From Octopus vulgaris (Eukaryota), in contig OX597815.1 of the NCBI GenBank assembly GCA_951406725.2, forward strand, positions 93,682,001 to 93,746,000: 64,000 bases of DNA, written 5' to 3'. A model generated the notes under the pieces. The model had not been told where the DNA came from. It searched no databases and was given only the letters and a program-made list of their open reading frames with translations. Shown here piece after piece: positions 56,201-64,000 of this stretch; the first letter of the stretch is position 1; each line of letters begins with the position of its first letter. Both the position numbers and the translations under genes were made by a program.

Positions 56201-59200
56201 CATAAACATTTAAGGCCAAGCGACTGACCAAACTACTTCTTGCTGAAAGAAAACTCGATAAAGATATTTATCCATTTGCTTGTGTAGTAAAATACTCTGG
56301 ATGCTGGTTTTTTATGATTCATAAGATTTGTCCATCCAGTTCCTATTTCCTGGGTCAACTTTTTTCCACACTTGCATTTCTATACATGTTCACTGTCTGT
56401 TTGGCTAAAATATTTTCTGACGATTTGCTCATTTTCATGCAACATGGGTTAGTTTAAAATAGAAGATATTTTGCCATTAGATGAAAGTCTAATTTGGTTA
56501 ATATATTGGAGTGAAATTCAAGATACAACTGCGTTGCGGGCAAAGTTACGATTTAATGACTTGAAGACAGAGTGTGTGAATCATTCTCGGTAGTCAGAAC
56601 CAAGAATTACTGGACAGTGATTATTTGACAACATACACAATTACCAATTCCCGAATATGACAGAATGTGCGAATCATTCTCATCAGTCAGAGCAAAGTGT
56701 CAACACAATACCTCAAATAATAATAATAGAATGCTGTATTTGCTGATTGGACATCGAATGAAGTTAGGAGTCATTTGAAAAACTTTCGCTGACAATGTTG
56801 CAATTAACTGCAATTAATTGATATGATAGCAATCAATTATTTAATTGGCAGTACAACTCCAATCAATTAATTGGAGCACTATATTGCAATTAATTTTTCA
56901 TCAATTTATTTTTTACAGCCCCTGGCTGAAATATTGTTAGGATTACAACTGGAAATCTAGACTGCACAACATTCACTGTATGTGTGCGAGCATGCATGTG
57001 TGTACAATGTTTATGGTGGTGAAGGAATGAATTGTTTAAATAATTTACTCATTTAAAACTCTTAGAACACAGTAACAAAGGTCTGAAATCCTTGGTTGAT
57101 AATGACTACTAAATATTTAATCCAACCCACCCCCTCAGCTGTTTAATACATGTGATTATTTCATGTTATAACCAAATAGTGAGAGAAGGATTTTCTTTTA
57201 TTGTAAATATAGTGTAAGTTACTTTTTGACCTTTCATAGCCTCTATGTTGCTCTCCTTCGATATACAATTAATACCGTCCATATTAACAACAAAATACTC
57301 ACACTTCTAACACTGGTGAACTCTGCTAGAACTATAGTGGTGGTAAGATGTGTTTGTTGATTGACTGTTAATATTCAGAGTAGACCTAAACTGTAAAACC
57401 ACTTTACTTTGAATTCAACACTTATAAAAGCAACAATAGCAGTTTGTATAAAAGAGACAGAGAGAGAGTGAGTGTTGGTGAGGGGAACTTGTGCTTTAAA
57501 ATCACACACATTCAGATGTAACTAAACCACAATCATATAAATGATCATAATATGGTCAAGTAGCTAATATATATGATAAACTTTTCACACAAATCTCTCT
57601 CTCTCTCTCTACACACACACACATATTTATGAACAAACGAAAGATTGGACTTACTAAATACTAAATATAAGTTTGATTCAGCACCAAATTATTTAGTTTC
57701 ATGGGTTTAGGACATGTTCACCTTTCCAGATGTCTCTGAATGTTTAAGTAAAGTAGGGTCACTGATTTATTTACATAAATATATACAAGGGGGTACCCAA
57801 AAGTAACTGGAAACATTTTCTGTGGGACAAGTCCATTGTAGTTCAGGCTTCCACCACTAGAAGCCACTTGATGTGACCCTCAAGCATCAATCTACTGACT
57901 GGCATTGTCTGCTGAAGTCATATTGCCACATGGTGCGTCTTTGTTTTACAGTGCCTCTCCCCTGTTTGTCGATTTTTGCAATGACTGAAACAAAGGAACA
58001 GCATGCTTCCATGAAATTCTGTTTTCTGCTGAGGAAAACGACAACCGAAATAGTGGTCATGCTCCAAACAGCTTACAAAGACACTGCCATGAGCAAAACA
58101 CAAGTATATGAGTGGTTTTCATGCTTTAGGAATGGTCCCTTGTTGCTTATAGACCAACCTCATTCAGAGCGACTGTTGACTTCCCGAGCAAATGAAAACA
58201 TCACAAAAATTCATGAAATGATCTTGGAGGATCATCACTGAACAATTGACAAATTTTTTGGTATGACTGGTGTATCCTGGAGTTCCTGCCAATAAATTTT
58301 CAGTAAGAATTGCAAATGAAAAGAGTTACAGTAAAATTTATAGCTTGCTTGCTTATGGAAATAATTACAACTGAATGTGTGTCATGAACTGAAAGAACAG
58401 GTGGAAGTTGATCCAAACATTTTTTTTGAAGGTCATCACTGGTGACAAAAGCTGCTTGCTGTGGCTATGACCCAGAAATGAAGCAGCAATCAATTCATTG
58501 GGAAACGATGCTGGCTTGTTTCATCAATGTAAAAGTAATTGTCCACACAGTATTTGTTCCTCCTAGTCAAACTGTTAACCAGATATTTTACTTGGCAGTT
58601 CTGAAGCATTTATGAGATGCAGTGAGATGAAAACGCCACGACCTGTGGCAAAGTGGAGAGTGGTGGTTTCATCATGACAATGCACCTGTGCACACCACCT
58701 TGTGTGTGAGACAGTTTTTGACCAAAACTGGCATGACCCCCAACTACCCACCCTCCCTATTCACCTGATCTTGCTTTTTTTTTTGTTTCCCTGAATGAAA
58801 AATGTCCTTAAAGGAAAACGTTTTGTAGATGTAGAAGAGGTGAAGAAAAAAAATCAACGGAGGCACTAAAAGGCATCACTTTGCAAGGGTTCCAGGACTG
58901 CTTTGAACAGTGGAAAACATGTCTGGACCACTGCATTGCTTCAAATGGAGAGTACTTTTGAGGTGATAAGCGTGTAAGCACATAAAGCTATGTGAATAAA
59001 ATAATATTGCAAAATATTCTGGTTTCTTTTGCATACCCCCTTGTATAATGTGTGTGTATTTGATGTTGAAATTTGCCTCAAAACTTACATTTATGCACCA
59101 CTTAAGCTATGACTACTGCATACAAATACTTTGCAATAATTATGCTTAGTATTTTGAAGCTATATATATACATACAGCAAGATATTTATCTACATTTATA

Positions 59201-61840
59201 GCTATCTTTTTCATTTCCTAGAGAATACCCTCCATCATTTGCTATATTCTGAACACCTTACTTCCCTGGGCATGGATACATTGAAACTCCGACATCTGGC
59301 AGCTGACTTGGCAGACACCCATAAAATTATTAACCATCTTACTAACAATAACTCTGAGCACCTTTTCAAACTCCACCTGTCTAACACCCGTGGACATGTT
59401 TACAAAGTCAGAAAACAGCACAGCTCCCATGACTTTCGGAAACATTTTTTCACACTAAGAGTTGCTGAAGCATGGAACAAACTGCCGGCATCAGTTGTTG
59501 GTTTTCGGAGCACTGCATCCTTCAAAACTTTCATGCTTCCTGAGATTCGCCAACACTACATCTGATTTTCTCCCCTCCATACACACACAAGCATGTATCT
59601 GACTCATACACTGTTCACTTCCCAGACATTTGTACATTACTGCATATGCTTTATATGCACATTTGACAAGTTGTGGTGCACCTGAGCACTGTATACAATA
59701 ATTTCATTATTATTATTATTTTTTAATGGTTTCTCCAGTACTCGGGGTTTCTCATATGTTCATTCAGGCACTTGAAAGAACATACATAACAAAAAACTCT
59801 GAGTATGTCACCAGCTTCAAAATTAATTCGATGTATTAAAGTCTGTTTCTTCTATTTGTATATGCTCACATATGAGAAATGAAATCAACTATTTTATTTT
59901 TTATTTTTTTAGTGAAAGCACACCTGAAGGACGTAGAGTTACAAAATTAGACCAAATATTGCTAAATGGCAACAACATTACCATGGTAAAAATATATGAT
60001 CTTGTCTTTTCTATCTGATTAATTTTTGCAGATTTTACTTTGTCTTTCAGTGTTTTTAATGAAATGCTTCTTAAGTGCATTACTTAGCTAAGTTTTTTGT
60101 ATGAATTGGTACTATTGTTGATTAAATATCAATATCATTCTCATTATATGTGTAAATTTGCATTGTTTAAAATTTTTGCAGGGTTGGGGTTTATCTCACA
60201 ACAGTGCTGCCTCCACATAAGCATATGGTCTTCATTTACAAGATATCAGTAAATTTTTGTCATTGCATTATTTATATTTACTTTGTGGGTAAATGTTTTT
60301 TCATCAAAACTTTCTCAGTCAATCAGATCTAATCAGTATAAATAAGCCTATACATTGTTGAAGAAAAGACCTAAACATATCTAAAGTTGCTATTGTTGTC
60401 TAACATTGACTCACACTGTCTTTCCTCCTTCAATTGTTGTTTCGTTTGCCTTTGATGAGAATAGTCATTAACACCAATAATTTACCTAATGAGTGTAATC
60501 TTATTTGATTAAAACATTTCTTTTAACTGAGTATATTATCCCCACTTCCTGCTTAAGTATGTGACATTGTCTTTCATACTATTAACCTCATTTACAAAGA
60601 GTATATTTGCATTATTCACATTTACTCTACATTTCCAATTAGTTTGATCTTCAATTGTCATAAAGTGTCTATACATGTCCAGGCTGGACTTAAACTATGA
60701 ATCTTCATTTCTAAAATCAGAAATAAAATCAGATTTTTGTTCAGTTAATGTTGTAATTTCAGTATATTTTCTATTCATCCTCCATTAATAACAGCCATAG
60801 TCATGATGATGTCAATACTGGGTTTTCAGCAAACTCTGCTTCTTTGGTATTTCTAAGTTTCTATGGTAATGTTCTATCAGTCATAGAAATTTTCTCCCTT
60901 TTTAAATCAGAGACACAGGCATGGCTGTGTGGTAAGAAGCTTGCTTCCATGTTCAGTTCCTACCACATAATTCCATGTCTTCTACTATAGCCTTGGGCTG
61001 ATAAGAGCCTTGTGAGTGGATTTGATGGTCAGTGAAGGAAATCCGTCGTGTGTGTGTGTGCATGCGTTTGTCCCCCCACACACACACACAGCTTCGCAAC
61101 CAGTGTTTGTGTGTTTACATCCCCACAACTTGGTGGTTCAGCAAAAGAGCTTGATAGAATAAGTACTGAGGTTGATTCATTTGACTAAAATTCTTCAAGG
61201 TGGTGCCCCAGCATAGCCACTGTCTAATAACTGAAACAAGTAAAGGATGAAAGATTCAATTATTCTTGGCTTGGGTGTTTCTCCTTTCATTAAGACGACT
61301 TTTTAATTTTCCTCAGCTCTGACCTAAGGGGCTTCACAGTTCCTCTTTTTATGGATACAGTTCTTATGTTTATGTTCTATCCACGTGAGTAGGTAATATT
61401 GATGGGGAATATGCAAAGTGTTTTGATACTGCAAATTCCTTAAAATTCCTCAGTCAGAACTTTGCAGAATTTTATTACTCTTAGTTAAGAAATAATGGCT
61501 TGTGGTTTGAATCCAGTCTAGGATTACATTCACATTCAACAATAAGACAATAAACCAGTCAAAAATATAGTGTAGGTGTAAACTCATGCACCCTAAATAA
61601 AATATCTCTGAAAAATACCTTTTTTTTTTTTTTTTTTTTTAACATTGTAAGATAGAAAATGATGTTGATAATATTATCGTTAAAACTGAAGGCAAAGGAG
61701 AGCCTCAAACTGATTGAGATAAGTATAGGACTATGAATTATAACTAGTTTATCAGTTATTTGTGGGTAGACATTATTATTAATTTTCTCTTTTATATATT
61801 TTTTCAGTTGGTACCTGGTAGTGAGGGTCCAGAAACTTGA
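1098..61840 (+). CDS. LSM5: LSM5 (U6 snRNA-associated Sm-like protein LSm5), spliced CDS join(1098..1140,40114..40209,44582..44609,59913..59985,61808..61840), 90 aa
   Basis: Manual exon joining (43+96+28+73+33=273 nt) gives an unbroken frame: [90 protein letters not shown]. This is nearly identical to metazoan LSm5 as I recall it. All junctions are GT..AG and phase-consistent. Confidence 0.97.
3232..3805 (+). mobile_element. RTE-clade LINE 3' UTR fragment with 68-bp tandem units and (GAT)n tail
   Basis: Same 3' end (GGAGTGGTTGGCGTTAGGAAGGGCATCCAGCTGTAGAAAC...CCATGCTAGCATGG...GATGATGAT) as the RT-bearing copies at 3808-5632 and 29930-31818. Confidence 0.85.
3808..5632 (-). mobile_element. 5'-truncated, decayed RTE-clade LINE (reverse transcriptase C-terminal half plus 3' UTR)
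   Basis: Fragments [49 protein letters not shown] and [12 protein letters not shown]...[15 protein letters not shown] are non-LTR RT/RTE motifs; broken by frameshifts; (ATC)n tail at about 3808. Confidence 0.93.
5677..6715. repeat. Two ~280-bp direct repeats (about 5677-5950 and 6435-6715) around a purine-rich spacer; Penelope pseudo-LTR-like layout, next to (TA)n
   Basis: AAAATACAAAAATGGGACAA...GAAAACAAGGA is duplicated at high identity, and each copy has an internal short duplication. PLE assignment is inference. Confidence 0.6.
6968..7245 (+). mobile_element. tRNA-derived SINE
   Basis: Pol III A box TGGCTTAGTGG (6974-6984) and B box GTTCGATACC (7019-7028), then a non-tRNA body; a partial antisense copy lies at about 33070-33230. 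Confidence 0.75.
8709..9627 (-). mobile_element. Head-to-tail cluster of 4 tRNA-derived SINEs with (AAT)n spacers (GACTTTGCCTTTCATCCTTT core family)
   Basis: Repeated AAAGGATGAAAGGCAAAGTTGACC...GGAATTTGAACTCAGAAC...CTGCCAGCTCACCACCTT units, the reverse complement of the + copy at 46580-46800. Confidence 0.85.
10081..10430 (-). mobile_element. Non-autonomous Helentron-type (HINE/DINE-1-like) element, decayed
   Basis: Terminal ACAAGAGCACTCAGAGAGTGC with GCACTC-AGA-GAGTGC hairpin, adjacent sub-terminal CCTCTGCCAAGG, and GAAAACAAACCTCC at the other end; inserted in an (AAT)n run. Confidence 0.65.
10440..11262 (-). mobile_element. Second head-to-tail cluster of 4 SINEs of the same family
   Basis: Four further GGATGAAAGG..AAAGTTGACC..TTGAACTCAGAA units separated by AAT repeats. 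Confidence 0.82.
11290..11610. repeat. Degenerate ~32-bp minisatellite (about 10 units, ATGGGATATAGATGTGAAGAG-like)
   Basis: GGGATA(T/C)AGATGTG recurs at 11387, 11419, 11481 and 11514. Confidence 0.8.
13400..14267 (-). mobile_element. Internally deleted Tc1/mariner-superfamily DNA transposon, maT (DD37D)-like
   Basis: Degenerate TIRs (CAGGATGCGGTGAATATATTGTC / GACAATTTACTCATTGCACCCCA) flanked by TA; fragments [18 protein letters not shown] and [23 protein letters not shown]; frameshifted. Confidence 0.82.
15343..15738 (-). mobile_element. RTE 3' tail copy with tandem units
   Basis: Same tail as 3232-3805. Other tail-only copies lie at about 2630-2800, 9645-9830, 32525-32760, 34055-34200, 35465-35620, 41115-41362, 44645-44780 and 46280-46410. 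Confidence 0.85.
15739..15918. repeat. Compound microsatellite (TA)n(TACA)n(CA)n
   Basis: Directly visible; source of the YI/HTYI pseudo-ORFs. Confidence 0.97.
18191..18810 (+). mobile_element. Two tandem tRNA-derived CORE-like SINEs (octopus OR/OK-type)
   Basis: TGGCTGTGT(A/G)GTAAGAAG head, GTTCAGTCCC B-box-like, CORE-like CACCTTGGGC.AGTGTCTTCTA and GTGAGTGGATTTGGTAGACGGAAACTGAAAGAAG. Further copies at about 24270-24440, 24835-24965(-), 31825-31980(-), 35955-36110(-), 46940-47345(-) and 60917-61255. Confidence 0.8.
25135..25570. mobile_element. CR1-like 3' tip (+, 25135-25213) tail-to-tail with a decayed CR1/Jockey-group LINE 3' fragment (-, about 25215-25570)
   Basis: TTGACAAGTTGTGGTGCACCTGAGCACTGTATACAATAATTTCATTATT is identical to the CR1 end near 59662-59720; the minus strand translates [22 protein letters not shown] (SFxxRxxxxWNxLP motif). 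Confidence 0.7.
26000..26225 (+). mobile_element. piggyBac-like MITE (CCCTTTAG...CTAAAGGG, TTAA at right flank)
   Basis: Terminal inverted CCCTTTAG/CTAAAGGG followed by TTAA (left flank TTAG). Related copies at about 46490-46925 (split by a SINE), 47780-47965(-) and 62093-62296. Confidence 0.7.
29262..29522 (+). mobile_element. Truncated hAT/Charlie-like MITE
   Basis: Starts CAGAGGTTCTCAACC after ATCTAAAG (Charlie-like target site) and has repeated GGGTCCA/GGATCCA motifs; right TIR not found. Confidence 0.5.
29930..31818 (+). mobile_element. Decayed RTE-clade LINE: APE endonuclease plus N-terminal RT, internally deleted and joined to the 3' tail
   Basis: [28 protein letters not shown] (GDFN motif), [21 protein letters not shown] and [24 protein letters not shown], then directly the RTE 3' tail and (GAT)n; multiple stops. 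Confidence 0.93.
37550..37860 (+). mobile_element. 3' fragment of a second RTE lineage with a C-terminal Zn-finger remnant
   Basis: RWEEVAK..LWRQIL, FKCSR and [15 protein letters not shown] across frameshifts; 3' end CCATGGTCTCTCAAGATCGATGACTGCC followed by (ACT) repeats. Confidence 0.65.
38376..38599 (+). mobile_element. Mariner-derived MITE (224 bp) with TA target duplication
   Basis: 30-bp TIRs TTGGGTTGGTACATAATTATTATGGCTATT / AAAAGCCGCAATAATTATGCACCAATCCAA (25/30 match), TA on both sides; interior keeps a transposase C-terminal remnant ([12 protein letters not shown]). Confidence 0.88.
40114..40209 (+). CDS. LSM5: LSM5 coding exon 2 ([32 protein letters not shown]), Sm1 motif
   Basis: Long pyrimidine tract plus TAG acceptor at 40111-40113; ends at the U12-type donor GTATCCTTT at 40210. 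Confidence 0.97.
40210..44581 (+). other. U12-type (minor spliceosome) intron, GT-AG subtype, LSM5 intron 2 (4372 nt)
   Basis: 5' splice site GTATCCTTT (U12 consensus RTATCCTTT); branch-like TTCCATAAC at 44563-44571 (1 mismatch to TTCCTTAAC) with its A residues 11-12 nt from the end; no polypyrimidine tract before the CAG. Confidence 0.92.
43060..43990 (+). mobile_element. Cluster of about 5 sense SINEs of the GACTTTGCCTTTCATCCTTT family inside the U12 intron
   Basis: Best copy about 43345-43555 (AAGGCGGTGAACTGGCAGAATCGTTAG...GTAGAAAGGATT), with degenerate neighbours on both sides. Confidence 0.75.
44582..44609 (+). CDS. LSM5: LSM5 coding exon 3, 28-nt micro-exon ([10 protein letters not shown])
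   Basis: CAG acceptor at 44579-44581 and GTAAGT donor at 44610; completes the GFDDFVNMVLED Sm1 motif in frame. Confidence 0.95.
46580..46800 (+). mobile_element. Full-length tRNA-derived SINE inserted into a piggyBac-like MITE
   Basis: MITE sequence is interrupted after TTCTAAAA (about 46569) and resumes at TTCTAAAA (about 46805), a likely target-site duplication. Confidence 0.8.
48922..49260 (-). mobile_element. tRNA-derived SINE with CORE-like segment and distinct tail
   Basis: Minus strand: TGACTTAGTGC A-box-like, GTTCAATTC B-box-like, TGTGTTCTTGAGCAA CORE-like; ends in TTTACCCTTTA. Confidence 0.7.
50188..50242. repeat. (GT)n microsatellite
   Basis: Directly visible. Confidence 0.97.
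52169..52232 (+). ncRNA. Candidate intronic hairpin RNA (pre-miRNA-like)
   Basis: Perfect 20-bp inverted repeat 52174-52193 / 52208-52227, extendable to about 30 bp with G-U pairs. The structure is certain; function is unproven. Confidence 0.35.
52750..53760 (-). mobile_element. Highly decayed Penelope-like element (RT C-terminus/GIY-YIG region)
   Basis: Minus-strand fragments HKPYRK, HISK, HPPAI and ELSS resemble the PLE motif KPYRKPN..YI...SNHPP.I...LSS; many stops and frameshifts. Confidence 0.5.
54543..56924 (-). mobile_element. Decayed hAT-like DNA transposon (transposase about 56438 to 54930)
   Basis: Minus strand, in order: [22 protein letters not shown] (BED-like), [38 protein letters not shown] (first catalytic D), [11 protein letters not shown] (CxxH), [21 protein letters not shown] and [10 protein letters not shown] (dimerization domain). 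AATCAATTAATT sub-terminal arrays at both ends; imperfect ends CTGGGGTGAAAA / TTTTACAGCCCCTG. Confidence 0.85.
57786..59043 (+). mobile_element. Near full-length, inactivated mariner (DD34D-type) transposon, 1258 bp
   Basis: 27-bp TIRs CAAGGGGGTACCCAAAAGTAACTGGAA / TTCTGGTTTCTTTTGCATACCCCCTTG (22/27 match) with TA flanks; [38 protein letters not shown] and HPPYSPDLA motifs; stops and frameshifts. Confidence 0.95.
59222..59720 (+). mobile_element. CR1-clade LINE 3' fragment, ending about 190 bp upstream of LSM5 exon 4
   Basis: ORF2 C-terminus [42 protein letters not shown], then 3' UTR and (ATT)n tail. Confidence 0.9.
59913..59985 (+). CDS. LSM5: LSM5 coding exon 4 ([24 protein letters not shown]), Sm2 motif
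   Basis: T-rich tract plus TAG acceptor at 59910-59912; donor ATG|GTAAAA at 59986. Confidence 0.96.
61808..61840 (+). CDS. LSM5: LSM5 terminal coding exon 5 ([10 protein letters not shown])
   Basis: TTTTTCAG acceptor; matches the LVPGxEGP C-terminus; TGA at 61838-61840. Confidence 0.94.
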   Translation: MVPGSEGPET

Positions 61841-61892
61841 AAAGAAAGATACACCATGTGTAATGGATTCCATTTTGTATTCATTATTTATA

Positions 61893-61898
61893 AATAAA
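61893..61898 (+). terminator. Candidate LSM5 polyadenylation signal AATAAA (alternative ATTAAA at 61977-61982)
   Basis: About 50 nt after the stop, followed by T/GT-rich sequence; the region is AT-rich, so chance matches are possible. Confidence 0.55.
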
Positions 61899-62699
61899 TA
61901 TTAATTTTTTTCTTGTATGTGTAATTTTATTTTTTATTTTATATTTAGACTGATATTCAGGATTCAAAATGTTTCAATTAAATTGTATAGTTTCCCCCAC
62001 ATAAAATTCACACAGGATGTTTTCAAATATCTCTTGATGTTTTCTAAATTAATTTTCTTTGTAATAATAGTAATTATATATATATATATATATCCATTTA
62101 GCATTTAAACTGGCCCAAATATTCTACCTGTTTTAAGTTTAAACCAGCCTGATTCAGCCTCTTACAACTACTCTAGAATGACATTCTAAAATTAAACAAT
62201 CATATCAAAATCTTGAAGCTACAAGATAATGCATTATTAATTCAAAGTAATGTGTATAAATAAGCATTTTGTCAGGGTAATCTAAATTCTAAAGGGATAT
62301 ATATATATAATAGTATTTTTTAATTTGTGAAAGACAGTATTTGTTTCTTGTTATAAACATTGTTACCACTGGAAGCAGTCTTCATGAAGTGTATATTTAG
62401 GACAAATCAGCTTACCGACAGATGCTAAACTTTTAACTGGTTAATACACCTTGAGAGCAAGCTGTCTGTCCTTGGAGAAATGAAGTTGCTTTGTACTTTG
62501 TGGTCCTTACATAAATGGACTGGACCATTTAACAAGATACGAACTATCAATGACAGGATGCAAATTGCCAACTTTTTGGTTACTTGTCCAGTTCCTGAAT
62601 ACTTAACTAACCCTTTCTTAATTAGTAAGTTACTGGTATGTAATTTTGTGGTTTTCTATTTTTAATTTGAGACTATTAAATGCTGTAGAAAAATTCATA

Positions 62700-63110
62700 A
62701 ATAGAATTGAATTCTTTTACTTGGAGATTGAGAACTCTGCTATGATCCTTCTAAGTACAAACATTTTCAGTAGTGTTATTCTGCCTTTGCAGAAGCTGTT
62801 TTAGTTCTATTGTAGTTTGGGTTTGATATGAGGGGCAGTTCCATTTAGTGGGCATTGAGTTGTAGATTTTAAGGCTAGAGAAGAGTGTAATTCTTCTGTA
62901 GAAATGAGGCAGGAAAAAGTGATGTGCTTTTTTTTTTCTTTTGTGGTGGTGAGTTGAATTAATAATTGAAGACTTTGAGAAGATTGTTGGCTTGTTTTTT
63001 TATAGGTCTTACACAAGTCCAACAGATATTTGTAGAGGAGTGGGCTCTTCCGGATGACGGCTGAGATGTGATCAGAAACTAGTCTCGTCTATTCTCTTTA
63101 AGCATTTTTG
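62700..63110. mobile_element. Penelope-like relic (coding remnant on -, hammerhead-like remnant on +)
   Basis: Minus-strand ITFSC...QCPLNG resembles the PLE SYSC/CPLxG linker; + strand has CGGATGA..CTGA/TCAG..GAAACTAGTC at 63051-63084. Confidence 0.5.
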
Positions 63111-64000
63111 AAGTTCTATAGTAAATGAGCCAGTCAGGATTAGCAGACATCTGCTTCTTTGTTGTTAAAGAAAAGATCATTGTAGATTTTGGTGTTTGCA
63201 TAGTACTGTTTTACCAAGAGACAGTGTTAAGTGTTATAACCTGGCATGTAGACACTGGTCAGTGGTCCCCCATCCACAATGGAGAAACTCCCCAGCGAAT
63301 ATGTACCTTCTCAAGTTAGTGATTCTGGCATGTTTACATTTTTTTAATGATTTAATGTGACACTTTAGGCAGATGTCTTCTACTATAGACATGGACTGAT
63401 CAATGCCTTGTCAGTGAAATTGGTAAACAAACCATATCATTTGTGTGTATGCAATGTAGGCATCTGGTTATATTTTACAGTTTCACATGAAACCATTTGA
63501 GCCACAATGGTGTTGACAAATGGAATAAAAAATACCTTGAGAAAAATGGCAAGTGTTATCATCAGGAAGTTTACTCAGCTGTAAATTATGCTTCAAAAAG
63601 AAGTATTCATCCAACCCATGTTCACATGAAAAAAAGATGTAAAACAAACAAATCTATATGTGCATGATTGTTTATTTTGCTCTTTGCAGAGACACTGTGT
63701 TTGGGTGACTGATGTTATCTTTGTTTCTTGTAAACAATATGTTCTGTAGAATGGTGGTTGTGACATGAAATGAAAATACCTTACTTAAAAACAGGTGAGG
63801 GTTGACATCAGGAAGGGCAGCTGGCCATAGATACTACTTCAATAAATCTTATCCAACTCATGCTAGCATGGAAAAAGCAAATACAATAATGATGCTTATA
63901 GTATTCGCATCGTTTATGTTGAAAATCATCACTATCTTAATGTTCCTTAAAATGTAGCTACTTAGAAAGGCATGACTGTCACAACAGCATTTACACTTCC

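Overview
Eukaryotic, AT-rich, repeat-dense DNA. The SINE and RTE-LINE families look like those of an octopus/coleoid cephalopod (inference from repeat recognition, not a database search). None of the supplied ORFs is a host gene. The one host gene I can reconstruct is LSM5 (U6/U6atac snRNA-associated Sm-like protein), + strand, 5 coding exons (1098-1140, 40114-40209, 44582-44609, 59913-59985, 61808-61840), 273 nt and 90 aa spread over 60.7 kb. Its second intron (40210-44581) has a U12 minor-spliceosome signature of the GT-AG subtype. The introns are filled with decayed mobile elements: RTE, CR1 and Penelope-like retroelements, several tRNA-derived SINE families, mariner/maT, an hAT-like transposon, piggyBac-like MITEs and a Helentron-type element. 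Best leads: the U12 intron beside a 28-nt micro-exon; a Ser codon that A-to-I editing could restore to a deeply conserved Gly; a near-perfect 64-nt pre-miRNA-like hairpin in intron 3; an hAT relic with oomycete-like motifs; tandem pseudoknot-like units in the RTE 3' UTR; and hammerhead-ribozyme relics. I found no CRISPR array, prokaryotic system or intact novel protein-coding system. Repeat boundaries are approximate unless TIR/TSD coordinates are stated.
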